The notes beneath the pieces are model-generated. The model was not told the origin of the DNA, ran no database searches, and saw only the letters and a program-made list of their open reading frames with translations. This document shows, piece by piece, positions 22,701 to 34,299 of a stretch of DNA of 64,000 nucleotides. The stretch comes from Klebsormidium nitens (taxonomy: Eukaryota; Plantae; Klebsormidiophyceae). Every line of letters starts with the position of its first letter. Within the stretch, counting starts at the first letter, position 1. The stretch spans positions 30,397 through 94,396 of the forward strand of contig DF236996.1 of assembly GCA_000708835.1 (NCBI GenBank), given 5' to 3'. The translations under genes were made by a program, and so were the position numbers.

Positions 22701-25700
22701 ACAGAAGGCACCTACCTGGGTAGACGAAGGAAACGTTTCTGAGCTCGATGTTGCCTTCGACAGAGTCTAGCTTCTTTCCGCTGAGGTCCTCCGAGTCGAT
22801 GGCCGGAATCCGGTCGATCATCTGGAAGATTTTGTGCGCAGCGGTGCAACCCTCCGCGAAGTTCTTCAGGTTAGGAACCGCTTGGCCAAGGGACCTGAAA
22901 GGAAGACGAGGCGCGGTCCGTTTGCAAGCACAATTAGGGATCATGAAATGCATGTGAGGAAGTGGAAGATTCAGACAAACATTAAGAGTCTGGAATTCAG
23001 GATCTAGGGGTTGACGACAAGGTAGAGGGTCGATGATTCGGATTCGCTTTAAGGGGTAAGAGATCTGCGAGAAGAAAATGCACACCTTTCATTGCAGGTT
23101 AGAAAATCGAGCCGCAGACTACACGACGTGACACTAAGATGATACACGTGCATAGACCACAACGCAGATCAGTAAATTGATCAAGTCCACAATGACAATT
23201 TCAGAACGGGCGAAGATGCTTCAATCCTGTCTAAGGTCCCTCCGTTACTTTGCCCCGGAGAACCTCAGCTTATCAAAAGCAAACGAGCCGTTGGAGGCTG
23301 GCTTTTCAGGGAGCCCGCTCATGGTTCTGTACAAGACCTTAACTCAGCAGTCGCGCAAGCAGCTTTCTTTTAATATTTGAAAAAGCAAGCTTTTATCAGA
23401 GGTTTGCGGCCGTCTGCTACTTACAGCCCACCAATGATGACGGCAAATGCGGTCGAGAGGATCTCCCCGCCGTTGGCCTCGCCGTTGCTGACAAGGACGG
23501 AACCGTACCTGCATAAAGGACGTCACAAAGTGTGTGATGAGCTATAGGAGTAGCAAGCTAGGAAGTTTACACTAAAGATTGAAACCCATTAGTGCACCCG
23601 CCGCACCATACCCGCCGCAAACCCCTGGACTAATCATACCCGTCCCAAAGTAAGCTTTTACTTCTCCAAAGCTTGCTCTCAGTAATTGTCAGCTCTGCCG
23701 GCGGCGTGGACAGCAGACTTAGGCGCCCAGAAAAGAGCGCCGACGGTGCTCAGCTCACACAGAGAACAAGCTTTGAACGGAAGGCACTGCCGAAGAGGAA
23801 GTTGAGCCCAGACGTCGAACCCATGGTAGAGACCCAGTCTCACGAGCAGGCCTCGACGAGAATATCACCGTACGAAACGTGAAGACTTCCTTCGAAAAGA
23901 AGTTCGCCTTCACATACCAGAAGCAAGCTCGTTCTTCCCAAAAATCAACATTTGACAAACATCGCACAAGGTATTGCTATAATGATGACTGAGTAGGATT
24001 TGATGAACGGCCCCAATCTGGCTCGTCCTTATCAAAACACGAGCACCCAAGAAGAAGATACAATGCAAGACTCGTTCGCAACTGATGTCGATGAACATCG
24101 AATGTCGAAAGATCTCAGAGACACAGCTCGCTTGACTAGAACGTAAGCGCTCAAACGAAAGCGGATGCCCGTGCGCCCCAAGCGCCAGTAAACGGCTCCC
24201 AATAGCAAGATCAGCCTCAAGCCATTTTGCTTCTGTGGATGCACCGATCATCCATCACCTGGGATTCTGCGAAAATGCACCGCTCCAGAACATGAGCGCT
24301 CAGCGCCCCAAGCGATCGCCCCTTGGCGAAATAGAACAAGTCAAAAACCCGCTGCGTATGCATTGATGAAGATGGTAAATTCACAACACTTCGGGGAAAC
24401 GACTCGTCCTCACCAGAACATGAGCGCCCACGCGAAGAAGAGGACGGCCTGCGCCCCGAGCGCCAGGCCCTTGGCGAGCGACGCCTTGAGCCCCAGCTTG
24501 TAGGTCTTTTGCAGTGCCTCCTCGTACGCTTTCTGCGTCTTCTCTTCCGCCGCGAACGAGTAGACGGTGCGGACGGCGCTCAGCGATTCTTCCACGATGC
24601 GACCTAGAGAAGAGGAGGGAGAATGGGGTGTGTGGGTTTCAGGATCCAGAATTTTAGCGTGTAAAATTGGCTTGGTCCATGCAGTGAGAGGATCTCCCTG
24701 CCGCGGAGCTGGCTGCGGTATCTGAAAGTGAAAGCTTTTAACGTCCTCTGCAGCGCCTCCTAGTACGCTTTCTGCGTCTTGTCCTCCGCTGCGAAGGAGC
24801 AAACGATGCGAACGGCGCTCAGCGATTCCTCCACGATGCGACCTGGAAACCGTGCGGAAGAAGTGGAAAGAGGTCTTTAGGTCTGAAGAATCAAGGATTG
24901 TATGGCGTTAAGGTGAAGTCTGATACCTGCCGTAAGCGAACAAATATGCGGCAAGCTTGACTGCGGGGAGGGAATTTGAAAACGACAAACTTGCATGTCT
25001 TTTGCAGCGCCAATCGTACGGTTTTTGCGTCTTCTCCTCAGCAGCGAAGGAGTTGACGGTGCGGACAGCGTCCAGCAAATCCGAGCGTGCGCGCGTAGAG
25101 AATGCCCGGTGTTGCTAGGAGAAAGATCACTGCAAACAGCAAGAAACATGGACAAGCTCGAAACCCGAAAGCCAGAAGTTCCTAGCATTTCAAAACTCTC
25201 AAACAGGACCACTCACCAGCATCCGGGTACGCTTCGGCGACCTGAGACGAGAGCCCCTTGAGCGTGCGCGCATAAGGTATGCCAAGGGTTGCGAGGAGGG
25301 GGATCATTGCAACAGCAAGAAAGATGAACACCTAAAACTCGAAATGTTGAAGCCAAAGACCAAAGCATTCTTCGGCCTTTGAACGAGAAAAGTCACCAGC
25401 ATCCGCATACGCTTCGGCGCCCTGAGACGAGAGCCCCTTGGGCGTGCGCGCATAAAGCATGCCCGGTATTGCGAGGAGAGGGATCACCACAAACAGCAGA
25501 AACTTGAAGACCTTAAAACTCAAGACCTAAAGCCAGAAAACCTTGGAGTTTTAAGACCTCTTAAACGAGACAACTCACCAGCATCCGAGTAGGCTTCGGC
25601 GCCCTGGGACGAGAGCCCCTTGAGGGTGCGCGCGTAGAGCATGCCAGGGGTTGCGAGGAGGGGGATCACCGCAAACAGCACGAGCGTCAGCTGCCACACT

Positions 25701-28700
25701 TGGGTGAAGCCCACAATGAAGCCGGCCACGAAAGTCGCCATGTTCTTGATATAATTGCCAACCTAGTTGCAGGAGGAAGTTTCGAGTTAACGTCTTTTCT
25801 TCCGAAAAAAAAGCCAACCTAGTTGCAAGAGGAAAGTTTGTGTCAGACCTCTGGATTGAATCACGAATTCAATCCATCCAGACTCTCAGCTGATTCACAA
25901 TATATTTTGTATTAGTTAAGGATTGAAGGAAAATCGAATCTCAAGGGAAAACGTGTCTGACTCAGCCTGCAACCGGCGACGAATATCTTCCTGTTCTTGG
26001 GGCACAAAAACCTCAGTGTTGACTCATGTGACTTCGATGCGCTTTCCAAGGGGCTGAAGAAAGAGAGCACTTTAAGGTGCCGCGCCCTCCTCCGTTTGCA
26101 GAAATGATCAGGGAAGAAGGGATACGAAGGATCAGACGAGAGTATCGCGCACCTTCTCCCCAACACCATCTTGCACCTGCAGCAATCGTCGTACAGAAGA
26201 TAAGGAAGGAACTTTGAAGAAGTAAACGGAGAAGGCAAAAACGGAAGACAACCACTCGCGCACCTTCTCCCCAACGGCATCCTGCACCAGCAGCGTGTCG
26301 TCATTCACGCGGCTGACGACTTCGCCGGAGCTCGTTCCCAAGTCAAAGTAGCCGACGTCTTGTCGGAGAATCGCGCGCAGATACTTGGAGCGGATGCGCG
26401 ACGACTGGCGCTCTCCGGTCCACATCCAGAGGGAGACGTCGAGGTAGGAGGAGACGAGGACGACCAGGCCCACGTAGACGAAGTAGAGAGAGTACTGCGA
26501 ATGTGGGCGTGACACGTGTTAATGAAGAATTGGCGCTCGCCGGTCCACATCTAGAGGGCGACGTCGCAATAAGAGAGACGAGGACGACCCGGCCCACGTA
26601 GACGAAGTAGAGAGTAAAAAAGTGACACGTGTCATTCCAGTGGGAGTTCGATGATCTGCCCGCAGAGTAAGGTCTCGAGGCAGGACGATACGAAGACGAC
26701 CAGGCCCATGTAGACGAAGTAGAGGGAGTACTGCGAATGAGGGCTTGACACGTGGCGACATTTTACCAAAAAATAGATAGGGAGAACAGGCCCACATAGA
26801 CGTAAGTAGAGAGAGTACTAAAAATCAGGGCACGAAACGCATCAACGAATTGAGGGATCTCGTAACTCGGATCTGCCTTCGGGATAAGCCAGAGAGGCAA
26901 GAGGACTGCGAATCAGGGCGTGACACGTGTCAACACACAAGAATTCCTCAACTTTGCATTCCAAGTGAGACGTTGGAAAAAGCTGGAGAAGAGCCGACAT
27001 ATCGAACCTTTGACGCCTCAAAGAAAAAAATGTGCTGGTATAAGGTTTGGCAACAGGCGGTTGCACGCCAACGACCCTGTTCCGGAAGAAAAACCTACGT
27101 GGGGCACTCTATATATTGAAACCATGGAGAAGGATAACGGCTGAGTCTTCTTACCTTGTTGACTTTATCAGCTAGAATGAGGGGTTGGTCAAAGTAAGTC
27201 CCGAGGGAGTTGATCAGCTCTCCGAAGAACACCTGCCAAAGAGACAAGTTTCAATCTGTGAACGACGTATCTGAAGCTGGTTCCTTAGTGCAGGAAGAGC
27301 CACTGTCTTCCGCAATCAGAGCACGACGGTTCCCGCTAACTGGTATTCGCACCAACTATGCCAACAAGTCGGAGAAGATGCAAGTCCTTCTCAAGATAAA
27401 GATCAAGTCAAGGGCTTGGAAAGTCACAAAGAAGTCAGGGAGCACCATCTGGCTTTACAAGACCAGAGAGATCACCGCAAGTGAAGAGCTTGAAACTCAC
27501 AAAGAAGACAGGCAGCGCAGCCCCCTCCACAATTGCCGCAATGGTGCCACCGATCACGAGCAGGACGTCCAGTTTGTCCGCGTACTTGAACAGCTGGTAG
27601 TAGGGCACGGACGGCTGCTTTTCCGCCTTCTTGGCCTTCTCCGGTTTGTCCTGCATTTATTGAAAACATTTGCTGATGTCATCTTTGTGATATCATCTTT
27701 GACTGAGACCTTAAAATACCCTTTCCTCAGCTGGATTATGACCAACCCACTGCTTCTCCGTGTTCTTGGCCTGGTCTGATTTGTCCTGCATACAATGCAA
27801 ACATTTGCAGATGTTATCTCTGCTTTGTGGTGCATCCTTGAGTTACCCTTTTTTTAGCTGGAATTGGTTCGGCCAAGTGCCTCTCCGCCTGCTTGGTCTG
27901 GTTCAAGTTGTTCCCCGCACATCGGGAATCTTTGAAGATGTTGTCTGTGTTTGTATCATAACCCTTGACGCAGGACCTCAAAGTCGATGTTCACAAGTCT
28001 CAACTTCTCAGCATCTTGCAACGCAAAGCACATCGAACTGCCCTTGGGGGAAGGGCAAAGAAATGCAGTGAGCATGACAAGAAAAGAAGACAGATGCAGA
28101 AGGATGAAGGGAGCAACAACTCACTTAGTACCCATTCTTGTGAGAACTATCAAAGAGAACCAAATGAAACAAAGAAAAGGAGTACCAGTGAACGCCCCCC
28201 ACTTTGCTTCCATTGCAAACGTTCACCTGCTATGATCACTTTCACAAGGGCCCTTTAGCCTAGTGTGGGTTCTGCAGCAAACTTTTGTACCTTTATGACG
28301 ACACAGCTTACGAGGGGGCTTCTCATTGCTCCTTTCGACCTGTGCAGCTGCTTCATAGTCTTTTAAGTGTAGGAATCTAATCAAGTATCAGACACTGATT
28401 TCACAAACTGCTGAATCAATGCAGCTATCCTCAGTGCTTCGTGCCAACCCATCTTGGATGATAGTGTCAACTGCAGTCAGCCTATATGGAAATCGGGTAA
28501 CTCTGGAACATCCACTCATTGGGGTTAAGAATGAACCATTTTCAGAACATTGCCCCCACACTAGGCCTGAGCAGTCTGAGTCAGACACCACGAAACAGCC
28601 CCCGAGGGACAGTGTGACAATCAGCCTGGATAATCTTCCAAGTCCTGATTCCATCACTAGCTGCAAGATGCAGCGTACTTCAGTCACATATTCACCATCC

Positions 28701-28989
28701 AGATCAGGTCCAAACCTCAGGATGAAACAGAGAGATTTTCAAGAAAAGCCTGTCACATTCCATGTCTACGCTGGCCTCACGATCCCCAATCAATACCCAC
28801 CTTCCCTTTCTCCTCCTTTCCTGCATCCAGCTCCACATTTGCTGCAGCTTTGGCCCCGTTCGCGCCGAATGTACCATGTTTCCCGTTCTCCATGTTGCTT
28901 GCAGCAGTCAGCTCGACAGCTGCCTCTGCATCCGCCGTCTGCGCTGCCGGTGTGAAGTCATTCTCGGCTGCAGCACCCAAAGGGCTCAT
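10786..28989 (-). CDS. ABCB: Full-size ABC transporter subfamily B (MDR/P-glycoprotein, TMD-NBD-TMD-NBD), ~1324 aa, 23 exons
   Basis: Exons 28801-28989, 27501-27650, 27155-27232, 26264-26494, 25579-25762, 24414-24603, 23425-23508, 22716-22894, 22026-22230, 21147-21303, 20185-20278, 19066-19289, 18213-18587, 17615-17742, 17064-17164, 16513-16763, 15579-15745, 14695-14872, 13649-13746, 12974-13124, 12731-12805, 11835-12071, 10786-11034. Phases are all compatible (3975 nt). There are two Walker A motifs ([18 protein letters not shown]), two LSGGQKQR signatures, two Walker B/D-loops ([11 protein letters not shown]) and two H-loops (AHRLST). Confidence 0.97.
11130..11200 (-). repeat. Degenerate copy of the ABCB last-exon 5' edge
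   Basis: gaggtcgcttcgtccagcatcgaa mirrors gacgtcgcttcgtcctgcatcgaa at 11021-11044. Confidence 0.8.
11666..11740 (-). repeat. Degenerate copy of the ABCB exon 22 3' end with an intact GTGAG donor
   Basis: ctcaccagcagcaggatgcgcgggcttttgatggcc mirrors cttaccagcagcagaatgcgcgggctcttgatggcc. Confidence 0.9.
12120..12230 (-). repeat. Degenerate copy of the ABCB exon 22 5' part
   Basis: Translates as [21 protein letters not shown] versus the real [21 protein letters not shown]. Confidence 0.9.
14120..14575 (-). repeat. Array of about 4 decaying copies of the ABCB exon 18 3' end plus donor
   Basis: ttacctcgaagacggactcggtcgccgtgcctccc (14510), ttacctcaaaaacacgggctcagtcgccgtgcctccc (14358) and weaker copies near 14265 and 14125. 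Confidence 0.9.
15410..15595 (-). repeat. 34-bp tandem repeat stacking copies of the exon 17 donor (GTGAGTGTCA)
   Basis: Donor G at 15578, 15544, 15510 and 15476, with a mutated fifth unit near 15442. Confidence 0.95.
16230..16430 (-). repeat. Two decaying copies of the ABCB exon 16 3' end
   Basis: gcacttgcgaggcgccctcttgggcattcgcgttctgatccgagaa versus the real gcacctgcgaggcgccctcttgggcctttgcgttctggtccgagaa. Confidence 0.9.
18384..18505 (-). repeat. Coding heptad repeat (GLxxQRS x5) in the ABCB linker
   Basis: [40 protein letters not shown]. Confidence 0.9.
19380..20060 (-). repeat. Array of 4-5 copies of the ABCB exon 12 acceptor plus DEATSALD start, decaying with distance
   Basis: Copies near 19380-19465, 19605-19692 and 19790-19875, with fainter traces to about 20055. 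Confidence 0.85.
20340..20640 (-). repeat. Three copies of the ABCB exon 11 acceptor plus [11 protein letters not shown] start
   Basis: ccggacaactgaacgccccggtcgcccacctgcg (20348), ccggacagttg..gcccacctgcg (20475) and ccggacagctggacgccatggtcgcccacc (20597). Confidence 0.9.
24030..24330 (-). repeat. Decaying copies of the ABCB exon 6 3' end
   Basis: ccagaacatgagcgctcagcgccccaagcgatcgccccttggcgaa near 24284, with weaker traces near 24140 and 24040. Confidence 0.75.
24735..25520 (-). repeat. Intron 5 of ABCB: 3 copies of the exon 5 3' end and 2 copies of the exon 6 5' end
   Basis: gagacgagagccccttg..gtgcgcgc..a units at about 25425 and 25245 (weaker near 25085). cgctcagcgattcctccacgatgcgacctg at about 24815 (weaker near 25030). 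Confidence 0.9.
26520..26940 (-). repeat. Four decaying copies of the ABCB exon 4 acceptor plus YSLYFVY start
   Basis: The motif (c)acgtgtca..ccc..attcgcag|tactc..tctacttcgtctac recurs at about 26600, 26730, 26810 and 26910. Confidence 0.9.
27720..27960 (-). repeat. Two degenerate copies of the ABCB exon 2 acceptor region
   Basis: tgcag|gacaaatcagaccaggccaagaacacggagaagcag mirrors tgcag|gacaaaccggagaaggccaagaaggcggaaaagcag. Confidence 0.8.
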
Positions 28990-30220
28990 GATGACGTCAG
29001 TTAAGCCAAGCGTGCCCTCACGGCCAAACCCACAATGAGTTCCTGCAAATGTGTTACCCCGCCCTGCCGGCCCTGCCAACAAAAGCACTTCTCAGATGCG
29101 CTTTCAAACTCTTTCAAAGCGGCTTTGCCTTTCGGAGTTCCAAACAAGAAGTGCACCCGGATTGAGTACCTATCCAGGCCGGTGCTGCATTGCGCATGAA
29201 CGTTGTTCAAATGAAAATTTGCAGCGATGACAATTTGTCTTCGCAAAGTCCTGACAGTGATGTCGTCACGCCCCCGCCCAACTGAGAAACGGTGGTATTG
29301 CCGGCACGGTAACGGGTCTCGCTAACCTTTCCCGTTGTCAAACTCCTTGTACACAGTACTCCGCGGCCACGTTGGATCCGTCCATCCAAAAAACGGCAAT
29401 TAAAACGGCAACCTTTATCGTAGAATTGCGATCGAAAAACGAATTGGCGTCGGGTCGCCCCACGGGCCACAACCCAATCGCATGCTCCCGCCAAGGCTGC
29501 GTTTGCGGCGCACCCAGGGTCGGTTTCTTGAATCAAAAGTTCCAACATGTGGTGGGCAGGTCAGGGCAGGTAGGATTTGTGGTGGTTGCAGCACCGTTGC
29601 TAACTTTCAGCCGAGACTTCATATGACCTACCGGGTAGAGATGCGAGGTACCGGCATCCCGATTGCCGGACCCCGGTAGCGGTCCCCGGTAGCGGTCCCC
29701 AGCTACCTACCTACCGTAGTACCGGTATTGGTACAGTTATTTTGGGAGCTAGGCAGGCTGGCCCGGCCGCCCGGGCCACCAGATACCTAGTCATGCATGA
29801 CCGGAGCGCGCGCTCGCTCGGAGCCGGGGCATCCCCCCGGGGGGCAACTTGGTAAGGTTTGAGCGGGGGTACGTTACAACGTGACAACGAGGTACGCAAC
29901 CGGGGCAAATCGGACCGTCGATGATTCGTGGCAGAGCTTCGAGAACGTGCTTGCTGACGAGGGTGATGTCACGAACTAGGTCGAAAACAAAAGGGAAAGA
30001 CTTGGCTTAAAACTAAAGCCTAGTAAAGGGTAGCGAGCGAGCTGACGATTTGACGATAGTGCAAAGTTCTGTTATATTGAATTGCATGTGGCGCGCTCAG
30101 CTTCAAGTTCAAGGTAAAAGCAGGGGCGTCTTCTGCCAAACGAAGATTATCACCATCTCATTCCGGCTTATCTGCAACCGCACTGAGCACCACCTTTTAT
30201 TTACCAGATCAATTGCAAAC

Positions 30221-33200
30221 ATGAGCTATCAGGCGCCATCGGCTATCTACATTCGGAAGCAGGACGGTCAGGCATTTCTTGATGAGATTGAGGTTGGGAG
30301 AAAAGAAAAGCCCTCTCCCCAGGCTGGAGAGGTCCTAGTGAGGCTCCTCGTTCGTCCTGTCAATCCTGCGGATGTCCTGTCCATGCAAGGTGTGTATCCT
30401 GCTATGAAGTAGGGTTTATCAAATTGATTTGGCGTTCAATCAGTACGATCCATCATCCTTCAATTGCTTGTTTTCAAAGGTATCTTACACTGCGGATGAT
30501 ACAATCAGCATCAGTAAAACAATCTGTACCATGATTTGCTGCTATATGTCCTTGCATAATGACGTGCACTGATACGATTGATTGACAGAGTGATCTGAAT
30601 TGCTGCAAGTGCATGCATGAAAACAGGTGATCTAGTTATCTAATCCAGGGAGCAATCTTGGCAGGTTACTATCCCGGTTTCCAGCCAGCTTCGCTTCCTG
30701 CAATTCCTGGCCTGGAAGGGTACGGGAAGATTGAGGAGGTGAGCCCAAATTTCTCCGAAGAGTGCATTTGTGGTTCTGTCAACAAGCAATTGATCAATTT
30801 GGAGGAGCCTTTCTGGTGGTGATACAAAGTACTGATATGGTTTTGACCGTTGCTTGCTTCCAATCAAGTGATTGTTTCCGTATGCAGCATCATGTCTCTA
30901 TCCACCTGTGGTGGTTCTGTAGGGAGAGCGCGCGGAGCGTTTGAGGCCTGTGGCAGACTGACCAGAGTTTTGATAGCACAGGATGCACCACCGCTTTGAA
31001 AAGTACGAGCTATATCTCCCACTAAACCGATGTTCAGTGCGCATCTTCTCTTAAGTTGAAGGTTTGGAAACGAATAGAGTTTGTCTACGATGTAAGTTGG
31101 TGATTTTGCTGGACAATCGTGCAGATTGGCAGCGGTGTCTCCGGCCTCAGCGTGGGACAGCGAGTGGTTCCCATTTTGCTGAACAATTACACAAAGCACG
31201 GGAATGGATCTTGGCAGGTGAGATGGTACTTCACCCACTGATCGAAAAGAAAATGTTCCAATTCGAAATGATACACCGCGCGCGCCACTTCATTCATTCA
31301 GGTCGGGGTACAAGTCGAGTGTGTGAGAGGCTGAAACCTTGATTCTGGTGCAGTTTGGGGACAGTAGGCTCTTTTTCCCTCAACTTAGAATGGGATACAG
31401 TGGAACACGAGTGTGTCAGTACCCAGGTGGTTGTGCGCTTTCCCGTCTCGATTGACTCTTCCGAGGCCCTCGCTGTTATGACGGTTCAATAGTGGCGAAT
31501 ATCAGGTTTCCTGAGCGTACTACTCTTGGAGACATGTATAGAAACATTGAATTGAACCGACCAGCTTGAACTGACCCTACCAGTTCTACTCCTTTGAAAT
31601 CGAGGGCAAGTCTCAAGTCCATCAGTACCACATCTGCTTCTTTCATAATGCTCATAATCCTAATTTTTTTCCTTCTAGGATTACATTGCGGTGAAGCAGG
31701 ACGACATCATTCCGATCCCGGACAGCATCTCAGACGAGCACGCTGCGCAGTTCATTGTCAACCCGTGGACCGCCATCGGCCTCTTAAAGTTTCTCAACAT
31801 TCCTAAGGGAGAGTGGCTACTGCAGACGGGGGCGAGCTCTGTCCTGGGGCGCCAGATCATTGCGCTGGCCAAGCACTTGGGAATCAAGGCAAGCTTAAAA
31901 GGATCATTTGCTGATGCACTCGGAGAGACCCACTTTTGAGGGCAGCTCCGCTTTTTGACCTGTTTCCAGTGAACGGTTTGTGTTGTTCAGTGCATGAAAT
32001 CTTTTCAATTCGACTTCATTTCTTGCCTCGGCATTCAGTGAACTACAATATGGTTGAGAGGGAAGGGAAATCTTTTCTAAGACCGAGGCCGAAAGGCCGA
32101 AAGGTTTTTCGCATCTTCATTGGGCGATTGCCAGAGGGCGTAATGTTTCTCAATCAGAGCCTGTCATCTTGCTTTGAGGAACGGGAAGGCCTCGTTTCTA
32201 GGGGGGAAAACGAACTCCTAGCCATTCCCTTTCCGAAGAACGAGGGTTCAGAACGAGAAAAAACCGGCAAAACGTTCAAAGCCTTCCAGTTTAAAATCAA
32301 AGATTCGAACGTCTGTAGCGGCGGGGCAGTCTGGACTGACTCGAAGAACCTCGAAATTGCTAAGTAGGAGACTGTTCCAACGTTCATACCTTTCAATGTT
32401 GCTTTGAATTAGGTCTGCAATAAGTTTTCGGATTCGGGCTCACACCTAAAGCAAAGCCGAAACGAAGCATCGTTTGCACTTGATTTACCCAAAAGCCATA
32501 TCTTTACCCTGCCCGTTCCTCGGCTGTGGCCTAAGTTAATATCTTTTGGATATGTTGTCAACTTTCGGCTTCTCTACAGACCGTCAACGTCGTTCGCCGC
32601 CCGGACGCGGAGGCCGAGCTGAAAGCCCTCGGTGCGGACGCTGTGATTGCGAGCACGGGGGACCATTCGGACCTGTCCGCAAAGGTGAAGCAAGTGACGG
32701 GGGCCAATGGCGCCTACGCTGCGATCGACGCGGTCGCTGGCGATATTGTCAAGGTGAGTGACTCATGGGACCAAATGCCAAAGTTTTGAAAGCTTCCTTC
32801 TCCTTTTCATAGTCGTTGGCACAAGTAAGTGCCAAAATAATCAGAGCTTTCTCTTAGCCTTCACAGCCATCCGAAGTTTTCAGTGCTCCCTCTCAGCATT
32901 CCACAGCCATCAGGAGCGACAAAAGCAAGGAGGACTCACGTCGGGCATGCCCTAGGCTGGTTCTGCCACCGCTTACTACATACCGTGTGAAGTACAGGAC
33001 TTTTTCCACCACGGCCATGCTAACCGACAGCAGTTTTTGAGTGCTTACAAGAGGCTTTGCCTCAGATTGACATCCCGGTTCCCCCACCTGTCCATATCCA
33101 CGTCAGTCCGTTTCTCTGCTGTGCGTACTGCCTTGCATCTGTCCGTGTCCCAATCTGCCCGTATCTCCGTCCATCCGTAACCTCATCTTTCCGCATCCCA

Positions 33201-34299
33201 CCCGGTCGTATCCTCGTTTGTCTGTTGATCCCTTCGTCCGTCTCAGCCGACCTTATAGGTACCTCCATCTGCCCGTATCCGCATCCTTCATATCTGAATC
33301 TTTTCCTTTCTTAATGTGTCCGCATCTCTGTCCGTCCAGGCGCTGTCCGAGAGCGTCCGCAACAACGGGTTGCTCGTCCTGTACGGCGGAATGTCCGGAG
33401 CGATGGAGTCTGTGTTTATGCATTGGGAGGTCGCGTTGCGCAAGGTCAACATCACCGGGTATTGGGTCACGCCCGACATTGCCGCGATGACGCCCGAGCA
33501 GAAGCGGGAGCGCGCCAATGAGGTAAGATTCTTGGACCCACATATTGTACTTGTATGGAGTAAAAATGGACAAATGAGCACGGTTCAGTTCCACAGAGTG
33601 ATGCCGGTCGTCGTTATCACGCTTAACGTGACCCGGACGCGAAACCGAATCAAGGAGATTGCATCAGACGGGTTTGACTTGCGCCCGGCATTGAGGCTAT
33701 GAGGCCCGAGCAGCAGCGGGAGCGCTCCAATGAGGTCAGGCTCCTTAGCGCACATGCTACATTGGCCGATAACCTAGATTACTCGGAAGAGCAGCTCGCC
33801 GTAACGTAAGCACCCGGAAGACGGGTGGGGTTAGTTGGGTGATTAGGTTGGGTGCAGATGTTGAGCGCCTCATTTTTGGGTTCGGGTTTTGGTTTTAGTT
33901 TCTTTGACTTCCTCCCTCGTGAATGGGAATAGAATACCTTTGCTTGTATACATGTGGCGTTCCTTGCGGAGGGTCTCCATGCCTTCGAAATGTTTCCTAA
34001 TGTGAAAGAGGGGACCCTTCATGAACTACGTGATAATATCTACGTTCGCTTGGTTTGTTGCCCCCTTTTCAGCCCCTTTTGCTTTGAAGGGGTAGCCTCT
34101 CCCGAAGGCATAACGTCAACCCTCTTTGGAGTCAGGCCGATGACGTGGCCTCTTCCTCTCTGTGCAGGTGATTGACTTAATGAACCAAAGGGTGATATCA
34201 CCCTTCAGCGGAGAAAAGTTTGACCTCAAGGATGTCAAGAAGGCAGTACAGAAGTCACTAGAGGAGAAGCGCGGCGGTAAGGTCTTGCTCGTAGGTTGA
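30221..34299 (+). CDS. Medium-chain dehydrogenase/reductase (MDR) superfamily, enoyl-reductase/quinone-oxidoreductase-like, ~344 aa, 7 exons
   Basis: Exons 30221-30389, 30665-30738, 31125-31217, 31679-31888, 32580-32753, 33340-33522 and 34168-34299 (1035 nt). Motifs include GEVLVRLLVRPVNPAD, PGLEG, AAQFIVNPWTA, LLQTGASSVLG, TVNVVRR and GGKVLL. The Zn-ligand cysteines of ADH are absent. Confidence 0.92.
33695..33740 (+). repeat. Degenerate copy of the MDR exon 6 3' end plus donor
   Basis: atgaggcccgagcagcagcgggagcgctccaatgag|gtcagg versus atgacgcccgagcagaagcgggagcgcgccaatgag|gtaaga. Confidence 0.9.

Noticed and set aside
24735-26940. Second ABCB paralogue or mutually exclusive exon clusters
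   Set aside because: The copies are partial, usually carry only one splice site, and contain stops or indels. A single complete in-phase gene already accounts for all domains.
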